Assembly (NCBI RefSeq): GCF_014280175.1
Contig: NZ_CP047931.1
Location: 750,001-782,000 of the forward strand
Source of the DNA: Synechococcus sp. A15-28
GTDB lineage: Bacteria > Cyanobacteriota > Cyanobacteriia > PCC-6307 > Cyanobiaceae
Length of the DNA stretch: 32,000 nt
Direction: 5' to 3'
This document shows, piece by piece, positions 21,501 through 30,786 of this stretch. Every line of letters begins with the position of its first letter. Within the stretch, counting starts at the first letter, position 1. The notes below the pieces were generated by a model. That model was not told where the DNA came from. It did not search any database and worked only from the letters and a program-made list of their open reading frames with translations. A program made the position numbers and the translations under genes.

Positions 21501-21836
21501 GCCATAACGCTCCAGCGTGCCGTTCTCAGCCAGGGTGACCGCAAGATTCAGCGCGGTCTGCCCCCCCATTGTGGGCAAGAGAGCATCGGGACGCTCTTGT
21601 TCAATCACCTGGGTGACCACTTCCGGAGTGAGTGGCTCGATATACGTCCGATCCGCCATCTCCGGATCGGTCATGATCGACGCCGGATTGGAGTTGACGA
21701 GAATGACCTCGTATCCCTCCGACCGCAGCGCCTTGCAGGCCTGGGTGCCTGAATAATCGAATTCACAGGCTTGTCCGATCACAATTGGACCGGAGCCCAG
21801 CAGAAGGATGCGCCGCAGATCGGTCCTCCGAGGCAT
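18513..21836 (-). CDS. carB: Carbamoyl-phosphate synthase large subunit
   Basis: [71 protein letters not shown], second half [24 protein letters not shown]. Met at 21836 preferred over 21890. Confidence 0.97.
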   Translation of the reverse strand: MPRRTDLRRILLLGSGPIVIGQACEFDYSGTQACKALRSEGYEVILVNSNPASIMTDPEMADRTYIEPLTPEVVTQVIEQERPDALLPTMGGQTALNLAVTLAENGTLERYGVELIGADLQAIQKAEDRLLFKQAMERIGVQVCPSGIASTLEEAEAVGAAIGSFPRIIRPAFTLGGSGGGIAYNPEEYAAICKSGLEASPVSQILIEQSLLGWKEFELEVMRDQADNVVIVCSIENLDPMGVHTGDSITVAPAQTLTDREYQRLRDQSIAIIREIGVATGGSNIQFAINPENGDVVVIEMNPRVSRSSALASKATGFPIAKIAARLAIGYSLDEILNDITGKTPACFEPTIDYVVTKIPRFAFEKFRGSPAVLTTSMKSVGEAMAIGRSFEESFQKAMRSLETGYSGWGGDRPEPELTDAEVDRLLRTPSPERILCIRSAMVRGRSNAQIQRISSIDPWFLAKLRRIVDAEQELLKGRQLRDLSAPELLELKQLGFSDRQIAWQTGSDELTVRRHRHGLGIRAVFKTVDTCAAEFASTTPYHYSTYERPLQQLNSDGSLTALEPESEVSLSDSGRKVMILGGGPNRIGQGIEFDYCCCHASFAAQDAGITSVMVNSNPETVSTDYDTSDSLYFEPLTLEDVLNVIEAERPDGVVVQFGGQTPLKLAIPLLNWLNSEEGHVTGTRIWGTSPESIDRAEDREQFEAILSRLEIRQPRHGLARSEAEARDVATRVGYPVVVRPSYVLGGRAMEVVFDEQELNRYMVEAVQVEPDHPVLIDQYLENAVEVDVDALCDHEGNVVIGGLMEHIEPAGIHSGDSACCLPAVSLGQGALSTIRDWSRGLALVLKVQGLINLQFAVQRDADGEEVVYIIEANPRASRTVPFVAKATGQPLARIATRLMAGETLQQVGLTAEPQPPLQTIKEAVLPFRRFPGADTVLGPEMRSTGEVMGSADSFGMAYAKAELGAGEALPTTGTIFLSTHNRDKPALVPVAELLAGLGFDLIATSGTADVLTKAGLTVNAVLKVHEGRPNIEDLIRSNQVQLVINTPIGRQAAHDDKYLRRAALDYAVPTVTTLAGARAAVEAIATLQSQPTLSINALQDVHGSRR

Positions 21837-21931
21837 GGGCAGTCGCTTCAGGCCAAACAGGAACAGCCTCTCACGCTGCTGCCGGGGCACCTGGCCTCGC
21901 TACGGTTGGACCATGAGGACTTTCGGTTGCG

Positions 21932-22567
21932 ATGAGTGAGCTCCAGCGCCTGAAGGGGTTGCTGCCGCCCGAAATGCAGAGCTGGGTGTTTGTGGAGACC
22001 GCAGCTGCAGTGGACCCACCTCTGATCACGCTCGAGGAGATCGGCCGTGATGAGGTGGAGATTCAGGTTGATCTTGATGCTTGGGACGCCATGGCACTGG
22101 ATCACCGCAACCTGCTGTTTTGGCACGAGGTCGGCCGGATCCAGAACGACACGATTCCCCGTGACGGCTGGGAGATGGCGGCCCTGGCGATCGGACTGGG
22201 TGGTGCCATTGGAGAACTCTGGGTTCAGGACGGCCTGTTGTTGATGATGGCTCTCGGGCTGTCAGGCTTTGCCGGCTACAGGCTCTACCTGAAGAACAAC
22301 TCAGAGAAGCGCCTGCAGGACGCCATCAGCGCCGATGAGCGTGCCATTGATCTGGCCTGCCGATTTGGCTACAGCGTGCCCAATGCGTATCGAAGTCTGG
22401 GGGGTGCCCTCAAGGAGCTCGTCGAACAAACCCGTAAGAAAAAGCGGAGGAGCTACTACGAAGATCGGCTGGAAGCTCTGCGAAAAAGTGCCAGCAAGGC
22501 CAGGGCTGAGATGGCCCAGCAGGAGGGTTCCCGCAGCTCAGTAACCAGCGAGAACGTTTATGGATAG
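21932..22567 (+). CDS. DUF3318-like cyanobacterial membrane protein
   Basis: MSELQRLKGLLPPEMQSWVFVETAAAVDPPLITLEEIGRDEVEIQVDLDAWDAMALDHRNLLFWHEVGRIQNDTI... Confidence 0.7.
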   Translation: MSELQRLKGLLPPEMQSWVFVETAAAVDPPLITLEEIGRDEVEIQVDLDAWDAMALDHRNLLFWHEVGRIQNDTIPRDGWEMAALAIGLGGAIGELWVQDGLLLMMALGLSGFAGYRLYLKNNSEKRLQDAISADERAIDLACRFGYSVPNAYRSLGGALKELVEQTRKKKRRSYYEDRLEALRKSASKARAEMAQQEGSRSSVTSENVYG

Positions 22568-22922
22568 TCAACAACTCGCGGATCTGGCCGCCGAGGCCTG
22601 CGATGACCGAAAGGCAACCGATATCCGTCTGATTCGTGTGGATGAGGTCTCAAGCCTCGCCGACTGGATGGTCATCGCCGGTGGGCAATCCGATGTGCAG
22701 GTGCGTGCGATCGCACGAGCGGTCGAGGATCGTTTGGAAACCGATGCGGAGCGCCTGCCGCTGCGTAAGGAAGGTGTGCAGGAAGGGCGCTGGGCGCTGC
22801 TGGATTACGGGGAAGTGATCGTCCACGTGCTGATGCCCGACGAGCGTGGTTATTACGACCTAGAAGCCTTTTGGAGTCACGGGGAGGCCAGGGCTTTCCT
22901 ACCGTCACTTCATATCAACTGA
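22560..22922 (+). CDS. rsfS: Ribosomal silencing factor RsfS
   Basis: AAEACDDRKATDIRLIRVDEVSSLADWMVIAGGQSDVQVRAIARAVED, GRWALLDYGEVIVHVLMPDERGYYDLEAFW. Confidence 0.93.
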   Translation: MDSQQLADLAAEACDDRKATDIRLIRVDEVSSLADWMVIAGGQSDVQVRAIARAVEDRLETDAERLPLRKEGVQEGRWALLDYGEVIVHVLMPDERGYYDLEAFWSHGEARAFLPSLHIN

Positions 22923-22927
22923 TCGGC

Positions 22928-23422
22928 ATGGACGAGCTCGTCTCCTGCCCCGTACCGCCGGAGCAGAGACCGCTGGAGGAATTCCAGCAGCTCTCCCAGT
23001 CCTGGTTTTTCTCCTGGCCGACCGGAGAGGTGTCATCGCTCAAGCGCAGCTTGCTCATCAGCTGGATGTTGATGCTTCCCCTGTGCACTCTTGTTGCCAG
23101 TGGCAGTTTGACGTTGAAAGCTGATCCTCCCCGACTCGTCGTGGCAGGAGCTGTGGCTGCACTGGTGCTCCCCCTGCTGCTCTTGGTGCGCCAATGGTTG
23201 GGCTGGACCTACGTCATGCAGAGGCTTCTGTCCGAAAACGTGGATTACGAGGAATCCGGTTGGTACGACGGACAGACCTGGGAGAAGCCTCTGTCCTGGC
23301 GGACCCGAGATCTGCTGGTGGCGCGTCATGAGGTGCGTCCGATCCTGGGTCGTTTGGGCCGGGCCATGGCGATGGCCGCCGGTCTGATGCTGGGCGGTGC
23401 AAGCCTCTGTCAGGCTCTCTGA
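22928..23422 (+). CDS. CGLD27-like protein (conserved in green lineage and diatoms)
   Basis: MDELVSCPVPPEQRPLEEFQQLSQSWFFSWPTGEVSSLKRSLLISWML...YEESGWYDGQTWEKPLSWRTRDLLVARHEVRPILGRLGRAM. Met at 22928 follows the rsfS stop closely. Confidence 0.85.
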   Translation: MDELVSCPVPPEQRPLEEFQQLSQSWFFSWPTGEVSSLKRSLLISWMLMLPLCTLVASGSLTLKADPPRLVVAGAVAALVLPLLLLVRQWLGWTYVMQRLLSENVDYEESGWYDGQTWEKPLSWRTRDLLVARHEVRPILGRLGRAMAMAAGLMLGGASLCQAL

Positions 23423-23440
23423 AATGCTCCTGCGACGGGA

Positions 23441-24418
23441 ATGACCCTTTCCTCAGGATTCAGCGGGACACCCCGCTTCGGTACGCCGCCGCTGGCGGTC
23501 ACCCTGAAGCGGGGGTGCATTGCTGAATCCGTTCATCGGGTGCACGCGGTGGTTTGTGACGGCCGTGGCCGGGTGTTGATGTCGGCTGGCGAGGCGGGTC
23601 TGGAGACCTTCATCCGCTCAGCTTTGAAACCGTTTCAGGCCCTCCCGTTCCTCAGCAGTGGTGCTGCGGCAGCGATGGAGGCGGGTGACCGTGGTGTGGC
23701 CATCAGCTGCGGGTCCCATTCAGGCAGTCACGCCCATGCCCGGGAGGCATTCAAATTGCTCTGGAACGCCGAACTTGAGGCCAGCCATCTGCAGTGCCCT
23801 GTGCCTTCAGGAGCGGAAAGTCCTTTGCAGCACAACTGCTCTGGAAAACATGCGGCGTTCCTGGCCACCAGTCGAAAAATGGCCTGGCCATTGGACACCT
23901 ACCTGCAAAGCGATCACCCCCTCCAGGTGGAGGTCAATCGTCGTGTGGCCGAGCTGCTCGGGCTTCCTGCGGCAGAACTGGTGGCCGCCCGGGATGACTG
24001 TGGCGCTCCGACGTTGCGGCTGCAGTTGGCTCAGATGGCGTTGCTTTATGCCCATCTCGGTGCCTCACGCCACGCGGAACTGGAGCAGATCAGCCGGGCG
24101 ATGCTGGCCCATCCGGAGTTGGTGGCAGGTGACGGACGATTCGATACGGAGCTGATGCGCCGCAGCCATGGCCAGGTGCTCTCCAAAGGTGGTGCGGAGG
24201 GGATCCAGTGCCTAAGCCGCGTCGGTGAAGGGCTCGGGGTCGCCATCAAGGTGGAGGACGGCTCCCGGCGGGCCAAGCAGGCCGTTGCCCTGCATCTTTT
24301 GCGGCAGCTGGAATGGATGACGCCTCTCGGCCTCGAAGAACTCGAGGACCAGGTCCTGATCGTCAACCCAGGCGTCAACCTGGAGGTCGAGGGGAGCCTG
24401 AAGTTTCAGCAAAGCTGA
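23441..24418 (+). CDS. Asparaginase, L-asparaginase II family
   Basis: VKRG-like LKRGCIAESVHRVHAVVCDGRG, FIRSALKPFQALPFL, ISCGSHSGSHAH, LQHNCSGKHAAFLA, RDDCGAPTL. Confidence 0.88.
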   Translation: MTLSSGFSGTPRFGTPPLAVTLKRGCIAESVHRVHAVVCDGRGRVLMSAGEAGLETFIRSALKPFQALPFLSSGAAAAMEAGDRGVAISCGSHSGSHAHAREAFKLLWNAELEASHLQCPVPSGAESPLQHNCSGKHAAFLATSRKMAWPLDTYLQSDHPLQVEVNRRVAELLGLPAAELVAARDDCGAPTLRLQLAQMALLYAHLGASRHAELEQISRAMLAHPELVAGDGRFDTELMRRSHGQVLSKGGAEGIQCLSRVGEGLGVAIKVEDGSRRAKQAVALHLLRQLEWMTPLGLEELEDQVLIVNPGVNLEVEGSLKFQQS

Positions 24419-24448
24419 AGTCTTTCTGTGTCGGGCGACACCGACCTG

Positions 24449-24454
24449 TATGAT
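24449..24454 (+). promoter_or_regulatory. Candidate -10 element (TATGAT) for tRNA-fMet
   Basis: TATGAT ends 12 nt before the mature tRNA 5' end; no clear -35. Confidence 0.45.
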
Positions 24455-24466
24455 TTTTGAGTGCTC

Positions 24467-24543
<77 letters not shown>

Positions 24544-24559
24544 ATTCTGATTGAATTCG

Positions 24560-24586
24560 AGATCCCCCTCGGGGATCTTTTTTTTT
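24560..24586 (+). terminator. Rho-independent terminator after tRNA-fMet
   Basis: AGATCCCC-CTC-GGGGATCT followed by a T run. Confidence 0.92.
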
Positions 24587-24596
24587 GTCCTTGCGC

Positions 24597-26234
24597 GTGC
24601 CGACAGCAAGCCAGACCGAGCGAATCAATGGTTCGTGGGATGCCATCGTCGTTGGCTCAGGCGCCTGCGGTGGGGTGGCTGCCCTGACCTTGGCTGAAGG
24701 GGATGCTCGGGTTCTGTTGATCGATGCAGGGCCGGATCTGACGCCACAGACGGCACTGGGTTCAGAGCCAGCCAATTCACTGCGACGGTTGGCGGGGGTG
24801 AGCAGTGGCAGCCATCGTCTGCAGGCCCAGCATCCCGGCTACTGGAAAGCCAATCCCCGGCTCTATGCCGATGAACGGCTCTATCCCTACAGCCATCCGC
24901 CGGATCGACCGTTCCTCTGGACCCGTGGCCTGCAGGTGGGTGGGCGCAGCCTCACCTGGGGTGGCATCACCCTGCGGCTCTCGGATGAAGATTTTGCGGG
25001 AATCGAAGCACCCGATGGAATAACGGCGTGGCCGATTCGTGCTGCTGATTTGGAGGAGGACTACGGCGCGCTGGAGAGGATGCTGAGGGTTCACGGCAGT
25101 CGAGACGGGTTGCCGCAGCTGCCTGATGGCGAAACTCAGGAGCCGTTGCCGTTGACGCCTGCTGAGCAGAGGTTTGCGGCGGCGTTGCGCGATCAACTGG
25201 CACTCCAGGTGATTCATTCACGAGGGTTTGGCCCCCATTACCCCGAACGGGATGGCCCCTGGCCGCGCTCCAGCAGTCGCGGCAGCACCCTCCCTCAGGC
25301 CATGGCCACAGGACGGGTGCAGTTGCTCTCCGGACATCTGCTGGAGCATCTTTTGCTTGAGAGCGGCAGCGAACGGGCGAGAGGTGCGGTTGTGGTTGAT
25401 CAAGCCAACGGCAACCGTCGAACCGTCGTTGCCGATCTGGTGGTGCTTTGTGCCTCGACGATTCAGACCCTGGCCATTCTTCTGCGATCCCGGGAGCAGG
25501 GCCTGAAGGACCCCTCCGATCGTCTGGGCACACGGCTGATGGATCACGTCTCCACCAGCCAGTTCTTCTGCGTAGCGGAGTCGTCGACATCGCCCCAGCC
25601 CCCTCTCACCGGCGCTGGCAGCTTCTTTCTTCCGTTCGGTCGCCGCCTCGAAGGAGCCAAGTTTCATGGCGGTTATGGCCTCTGGGGAGGCATTGGTCGC
25701 TTTGATCCCCCGACGCTGCTGCGGCGTCGCCATGGAACCGTCACAGGGTTTCTGATCGGCCATGGGGAGGTGATGCCGCAGGCCAGCAATCGGGTCAGCC
25801 TGAGCGGTGCCGTGGATCGCTGGGGCGTGGCCGTACCCCACATCGACTGCCAGTGGAGCACCAATGAAGACGAGATGGTGGCGCATATGCGACGTCAGAT
25901 GGGGACCTGCATCAAGGCTGCTGGTGGTGAGGCTCTCCCTCTGAAAGATCTTTTCCGGTTGCCCCTGATTGAACCCCTGCTGCAAGGTGCTGTGGCTCTC
26001 TCAGATGCTGCCTCTCCACCCGGGTACTACATCCATGAAGTGGGGGGTGCTGCGATGGGTGCTGATCCCTCCCTCGGCGTCGTTGACCCGTTCAACCGGC
26101 TCTGGGCAGCTCCCAACGTGCTGGTGGTGGATGGTGCCTGCTGGCCCACGTCCGCCTGGCAGAGTCCGACCCTCACGATGATGGCGATCACCCGTCGAGC
26201 CTGCCGCCGGGCCCTCAGGGGTGGCGGCGGCTGA
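24597..26234 (+). CDS. GMC-family FAD oxidoreductase
   Basis: DAIVVGSGACGGVAALTLAEGDARVLLIDAG, GLQVGGRSLTWGGITLRLSD, C-terminal LWAAPNVLVVDGACWPTSAWQSPTLTMMAITRRACRRAL. Track start at 24585 (TTG) lies in the terminator T-tract; 24591 or 24597 is more plausible. Confidence 0.9.
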   Translation: MPTASQTERINGSWDAIVVGSGACGGVAALTLAEGDARVLLIDAGPDLTPQTALGSEPANSLRRLAGVSSGSHRLQAQHPGYWKANPRLYADERLYPYSHPPDRPFLWTRGLQVGGRSLTWGGITLRLSDEDFAGIEAPDGITAWPIRAADLEEDYGALERMLRVHGSRDGLPQLPDGETQEPLPLTPAEQRFAAALRDQLALQVIHSRGFGPHYPERDGPWPRSSSRGSTLPQAMATGRVQLLSGHLLEHLLLESGSERARGAVVVDQANGNRRTVVADLVVLCASTIQTLAILLRSREQGLKDPSDRLGTRLMDHVSTSQFFCVAESSTSPQPPLTGAGSFFLPFGRRLEGAKFHGGYGLWGGIGRFDPPTLLRRRHGTVTGFLIGHGEVMPQASNRVSLSGAVDRWGVAVPHIDCQWSTNEDEMVAHMRRQMGTCIKAAGGEALPLKDLFRLPLIEPLLQGAVALSDAASPPGYYIHEVGGAAMGADPSLGVVDPFNRLWAAPNVLVVDGACWPTSAWQSPTLTMMAITRRACRRALRGGGG

Positions 26235-26448
26235 ACAGATCGTTGAGATAACGCTCGGTGACTGCGCGATCCTCACAACCGTTCTGAAACAGGAAGTGAG
26301 CGAGAGCTGAACTCATCACGCGGTATTGATCCCAATGGGGATGCTCGCCGATGAAATCCTTCATGCCGCGGTAGAGCACCTCTGGTATTTCCGCCTCCAT
26401 GCTCACGTAGGACGCTGCAGCCTCAGCACCTTTTTCAGCAACGCCCAT
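26215..26448 (-). CDS. DUF2811-like small cyanobacterial protein
   Basis: VSMEAEIPEVLYRGMKDFIGEHPHWDQYRVMSSALAHFLFQNGCEDRAVTERYLNDLF. Met at 26448 suggested; track ORF extends to 26481. Confidence 0.7.
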   Translation of the reverse strand: MGVAEKGAEAAASYVSMEAEIPEVLYRGMKDFIGEHPHWDQYRVMSSALAHFLFQNGCEDRAVTERYLNDLFSRRHP

Positions 26449-26539
26449 TTCGTGGCATCGCTCCAAGTAATTCCGATCCATTCAGCCTGTCAATCGCTCT
26501 TTGACATCACCAAGAAAGCCACATCGGACCGGGTTGCGT

Positions 26540-26554
26540 CAAAGCCTTTGACAA
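26540..26554. repeat. Perfect inverted repeat GTCAAAG-C-CTTTGAC
   Basis: Read directly; 7-bp arms. A weaker related GTCAA...TTGAC pair lies at about 26491-26507. Confidence 0.8.
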
Positions 26555-26869
26555 TTTTGCAAAAACCTCTGAGACGGCATGAGACAGCTGTTCTAATCAG
26601 GGTTTAGCCGGACCTCTCCGTCGTGGGATCAGTCCGCTGATCGCTGGCATCCGCTATGTCAACCGGTTGATGCAGACGCTGCGAAGTCCACAACCTCCAA
26701 GTGGGTGGCCGCTTTACCGAAACCGGCTGTGGAAAAAAGCACCACTGCTGTGGAGAAATTGGTGAAGTGACGTTGCGGTTTTCACTGATCAGGAAAACTG
26801 ATCTTCGCCATGTCCAGGATGTCGCTGTCGAGACCGGTAGCCGGTGTCACTGAAAACACCGCTGATCTC

Positions 26870-27925
26870 TTAAGGCTTCTGTGGAGAATCTTTTGATCCC
26901 AGGGTCCTGGGGCCCATGGGGTGGTCGGCATGGGGGTAAGGGGGGTGATGGTCGCCACCGTGATGGTGGTGATGATGGGGGATGGGAACACCATCCGGCT
27001 GGCAGGCCCCTGTGCATTCCCGTTCACACAGCGTGCAGCTTTCGGCCAGCCCTTCCACGTGGTGGTGGTGGCTCTCCTGGACTCGGCCGACATCCTGCTC
27101 AAAGCCCAGCACCTGAGCCCGGTACTTGCACAGGGAGCAGTTCATGGCGGTATCGCCTCGGAGAACCTCCTCCACCCGCTCTTTGAACGTGTCCACCACC
27201 AGTGGGTGTTGCCCGAGGTAGCCGGCGGAGAGAAAGTCCACCTCGGGGTGGTCCGCTGCCACCCGATCGGTGTGCTGGCGGATGCGGCTCACCAGAACCC
27301 CTGAAAACAGAAAATAGGGGACCACCACGATGCAGCGGAATCCCAGCTTCACCAGCTGTCGCAGGCCTGGTTCCACCAGGGGAAACGTCACGCCCGAGTA
27401 CACCGTCTCACCCCAGCCGAAGCCGAAGCCTTCCACCAGCATTCGGGTGACTTTGGCCACATTGGAATTGGCGTCTGGATCCGAGGAGCCGCGTCCCACC
27501 ACCACCAGCAGTGTTTCCGACAGCGGCACTGTCGAGGGGGCGCTCTCCAGGCATTCGCGCACCCGTGCTCCGGCCGCAGCAACCATCAGACGGTCCACCC
27601 CCAGTTCGCGGCCGTAATCAATCGGCAGCCCCGTTTCGGCGGTGTACGTGTTGAGGACAGACGGGATGTCGTTCTTGGCGTGCCCTGCCGCGAACAACAT
27701 CGCTGGAATGGCGAGGACACGGGTCACTCCCTGCTGGCGCAGGGACTCCAGGCCATCCCGCAGGATCGGGCGGGCGAACTCCAGGTAGCCATGCTCCACC
27801 GGCATCGGTGCCAGCTTTGGTCGCAGGGCATCCACCATCTGCGCGAATTCTTCAACCGCCAGCCGGTTGCGACTGCCATGGCCGCAGATCAGGACGCCGA
27901 GTCGGTCGTTCGGGGATTCGGCCAA
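26870..27925 (-). CDS. cbiX: Sirohydrochlorin cobalto/ferrochelatase, long CbiX form with cysteine motifs and His-rich tail
   Basis: RLGVLICGHGSRNRLAVEEFAQMV, EHGYLEFARPILRDGL, AIPAMLFAAGHAKNDIPSVL, SAGYLGQHPLVVDTFKERV; tail MNCSLCKYRAQVL, CTLCERECTGAC, PHHHHHHGGDHHPPYPHADHP. Confidence 0.92.
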   Translation of the reverse strand: MAESPNDRLGVLICGHGSRNRLAVEEFAQMVDALRPKLAPMPVEHGYLEFARPILRDGLESLRQQGVTRVLAIPAMLFAAGHAKNDIPSVLNTYTAETGLPIDYGRELGVDRLMVAAAGARVRECLESAPSTVPLSETLLVVVGRGSSDPDANSNVAKVTRMLVEGFGFGWGETVYSGVTFPLVEPGLRQLVKLGFRCIVVVPYFLFSGVLVSRIRQHTDRVAADHPEVDFLSAGYLGQHPLVVDTFKERVEEVLRGDTAMNCSLCKYRAQVLGFEQDVGRVQESHHHHVEGLAESCTLCERECTGACQPDGVPIPHHHHHHGGDHHPPYPHADHPMGPRTLGSKDSPQKP

Positions 27926-27974
27926 GGGGGCGTGCCACTGTTCGGTGTGAACTGACCCTATCGGTTGCAGCGGA

Positions 27975-29180
27975 ATGGATCAGCTCCCTCGTCCCCTGTT
28001 CAACCCCCAGGCGGCAGATGCCGGGGCACGGGGCCTGTTGCAGCCAACCCCAGAGGATCTGCCGGGCCTTGTGGGGGGGTGGAGCGGTCCAAGGCCGTTG
28101 CGGGTCTGCAGTGGGGGCACCAGCTCCAGGGCTGCAGCGGCCGGTCAATGGACCGTGGATCTGCGCCGCACGATGGGCCGGATCAGCTTCAACCCTGCGG
28201 ATCAGACGGTGCGCATCGGAGGCGGTTGCCGGATGGGGGAGGTGTTGGACCATCTCCATCCCCTGGGGCGCAGCGTGGCAGGGGGGCTGTCGGGCTGGCC
28301 GGGACTTGGCTATGTGCTGACCGGAGGCATGGGGCCGTTCAGCCGTGAGCTGGGCCTGGCGGTGGATCAGCTTCAGGCCATTGCAGGGGTCTGGGGCAGC
28401 GGTGAACCCTTCCTGCTGCGGCGTGATCACGATCACGCCACGGCGGAGTGGCGAGGCCTCTGCGGAGCCGCACCCTTCCTTGCGGTGGTGAGCCAGGTGG
28501 TGCTCAGCACCCAGCCCCTTCGCCCCTTCTGGATCAAGGTGTCGACGGGATCGCCCGATCAGCTGCCGGATTGGCTTGTCGCTGCGGAGGGTTCCCACCC
28601 CAGCACCAGCCTTCAGTGGAGCTGGGGCGGTGATGGCAATCTCAGGCGGCTGCAGGTGTCTGCCGTCGAACAGTCCGGATGGCAGCGGATTGATGGCCTG
28701 CATCAACTGCCCCCACTGACGCCGCCGCCCTTAGCGGAATCCCGCCTGCATGGCGAGGTGGTGGGTCTGCTCGGACCGGCCAACGGCGAGGGCTGGCGCC
28801 GCCTGCTGCCGGAGCTGCAGGATCTGATGGGGCGATGCCCCCATGCCGGCTGCAGCCTCTCCAGCCAGCAGCTCGGGGATGCCACCGCTGCAGTGCCGAT
28901 CGAGGCCACGTCGTTCGTGCATCGCGATGCGGCCTGGAAACCCTGGATCACAGCGGTCTGGCCAGCCGGTGACCTGGAGGTGCGCCGCCGCAGCCTGCAG
29001 TGGTTGAACGAGGTGTGGTCCGTGCTGGAGCCGATCTGCCCTGGCGTGCATCTGGCGCAGTTGCACGACCATCTCACCTTCCATCAGCGGGAGTTGGACC
29101 TGGCCTTCGGGTCCTGGTTGCAGGGACTGCGTCAACTCAAGGCACGACGGGATCCTGACGGCACCTTGCCAGGGCTCTGA
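27975..29180 (+). CDS. FAD-binding oxidoreductase, GlcE-like (glycolate oxidase subunit family)
   Basis: PRPLRVCSGGTSS, VDLRRTMGRISFNPADQTVRIGGGCRMGEVLDHLHPLGRSVAGGLSGWPGLGYVLTGGMGPFSRELGLAVDQL; C-terminal LKARRDPDGTLPG. Confidence 0.85.
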   Translation: MDQLPRPLFNPQAADAGARGLLQPTPEDLPGLVGGWSGPRPLRVCSGGTSSRAAAAGQWTVDLRRTMGRISFNPADQTVRIGGGCRMGEVLDHLHPLGRSVAGGLSGWPGLGYVLTGGMGPFSRELGLAVDQLQAIAGVWGSGEPFLLRRDHDHATAEWRGLCGAAPFLAVVSQVVLSTQPLRPFWIKVSTGSPDQLPDWLVAAEGSHPSTSLQWSWGGDGNLRRLQVSAVEQSGWQRIDGLHQLPPLTPPPLAESRLHGEVVGLLGPANGEGWRRLLPELQDLMGRCPHAGCSLSSQQLGDATAAVPIEATSFVHRDAAWKPWITAVWPAGDLEVRRRSLQWLNEVWSVLEPICPGVHLAQLHDHLTFHQRELDLAFGSWLQGLRQLKARRDPDGTLPGL

Positions 29181-29209
29181 TTTACGGTCCCCTCTGGATT
29201 CGGCATCCG

Positions 29210-30772
29210 GTGATGGCCCAGCGTTCCAGTCCAGCTCTGGTGAATCAGTGGTTCGCCAACCCCAGCAAGGATCTGCTGTCGGGCCTTGTGGTGGCCTTCG
29301 CAATGATTCCTGAGGCGATCGCTTTCTCAGGCATTGCCGGAGTTGACCCGAAAGTCGGTCTGTTCGGCGCCTTCTGTCTGTCGCTCACCATCGCCGTGGT
29401 GGGCGGCCGCACGGGGATGATCACCTCCGCCACCGGTTCGACAGCCCTGTTGATGACGGGCCTGGTCGCCACCGGGGAAGCCCGCGGCCCCGGGCTCGGG
29501 GTTCAGTACCTGATGGTGGCTGGTCTGGTGACGGGTCTGCTGCAGATCCTCTGGGGATACCTGCGGCTGGCGTACCAGATGCGGTTTGTGCCCCAGGGGG
29601 TTCTCAGCGGTTTCGTCAATGCCCTGGCGCTTTTGATCTTCCAGGCGCAGCTGCCGCAGCTGGGCCTGGATCTGCATGCCGGCGGCGATGGTCACGCCGG
29701 TGGTCTACTGCCGCACGGTGCACAGATTCCGATCGTCTGGGGACTGGTCCTGCTGGGTCTGGGGATCATCTACGGCCTGCCGAAGCTCACTCGGCTGGTG
29801 CCGTCTCAGTTGGTGGCCATCGTCGTGCTCACAGCCATCAGCATCGGCTTCAGCCTGGACATTCCCAGCGTCAGCAGTCTGGGAACCCTCCCTGATGGCC
29901 TGCCCAGCTTCACGGTTCCCTTCGGAGCCGGTGGTGTCCCGTTCAATCTCGACACCCTGGGCCTGGTGCTGCCGACAGCTCTCGCCATTTCTCTGGTGGG
30001 TCTGATGGAAACCTTCCTCACCCAGGACATCCTCGACGACAAGACCGATTCCACGTCCAACAAAAACGTGGAGGCCCGTGGACAAGGCATCGCCAATATC
30101 GTGGCGTCGCTGTTCGGGGGCATGGCGGGTTGTGCCCTGGTGGGTCAGTCGGTGATGAACATCGATAACGGCGGTCGCACCCGGCTTTCCACCCTGTTCT
30201 CCGGTATCAGCCTTCTGGCGATGATCCTGCTCGCCGGACCATGGCTGAAGCAGATCCCGATGGCAGCCCTTGTGGCGGTGATGATCAGCATCGCTGTCAG
30301 CACTGCCGACATCAACGGGTTGCGCAATCTGCGTCGCATTCCCAAGAGCGACACCTCGGTGATGCTGATGACCTTCGCCGTCACCATGCTCACCACGCCT
30401 CACAACCTGGCGCTGGGGGTATTGGCCGGTGTGGCCCTCGCCGGAATCCTGTTCAGCCGCAAGGTGGCCAAGGTCATTCAGGTGGAAGCGATCGATGTGA
30501 GCGATCAGGAGCGCCGCTATCGGGTGACCGGTCAGTTGTTCTTCGTGAGCAAGATCTACTTCCTGCAGGGATTCGATCTTCACGATCATCCCGAGCAAAT
30601 TGTCATCGATCTCTCCGCGGCCCACATCTGGGATCAGAGTGGTGTGGCGGCGCTCGATCAGGTGATCCGCAAATTCAGGCTGGGGGGATCCGAGGTCTCC
30701 GTTGAGGGACTGAACGACGAAAGCCTGGATCTGTTTGAACGGATCGGAGGACAGGAGTCCGCCCACGCCTGA
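29210..30772 (+). CDS. SulP-family anion transporter with C-terminal STAS domain
   Basis: [78 protein letters not shown]; C-terminal [24 protein letters not shown]. Confidence 0.92.
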   Translation: MMAQRSSPALVNQWFANPSKDLLSGLVVAFAMIPEAIAFSGIAGVDPKVGLFGAFCLSLTIAVVGGRTGMITSATGSTALLMTGLVATGEARGPGLGVQYLMVAGLVTGLLQILWGYLRLAYQMRFVPQGVLSGFVNALALLIFQAQLPQLGLDLHAGGDGHAGGLLPHGAQIPIVWGLVLLGLGIIYGLPKLTRLVPSQLVAIVVLTAISIGFSLDIPSVSSLGTLPDGLPSFTVPFGAGGVPFNLDTLGLVLPTALAISLVGLMETFLTQDILDDKTDSTSNKNVEARGQGIANIVASLFGGMAGCALVGQSVMNIDNGGRTRLSTLFSGISLLAMILLAGPWLKQIPMAALVAVMISIAVSTADINGLRNLRRIPKSDTSVMLMTFAVTMLTTPHNLALGVLAGVALAGILFSRKVAKVIQVEAIDVSDQERRYRVTGQLFFVSKIYFLQGFDLHDHPEQIVIDLSAAHIWDQSGVAALDQVIRKFRLGGSEVSVEGLNDESLDLFERIGGQESAHA

Positions 30773-30786
30773 AGCATGGGTGAGGT

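Noticed and set aside
7913-22714. HIP1 (GCGATCGC) copies at 7913-7920 and 22707-22714
   Set aside because: Two noticed in 32 kb is near what I roughly expect for this GC content; no sign of HIP1 enrichment.
26326-26607. Plus-strand ORF of 93 aa over DUF2811 and the intergenic region
   Set aside because: Antisense to a recognisable DUF2811-like protein, with no supporting family features.
26482-26869. Cobalamin riboswitch for cbiX or oriC
   Set aside because: The region is downstream of the minus-strand cbiX, so it cannot be its leader. No dnaA/dnaN neighbours, so oriC is not claimed; only DnaA-box-like sites are reported.
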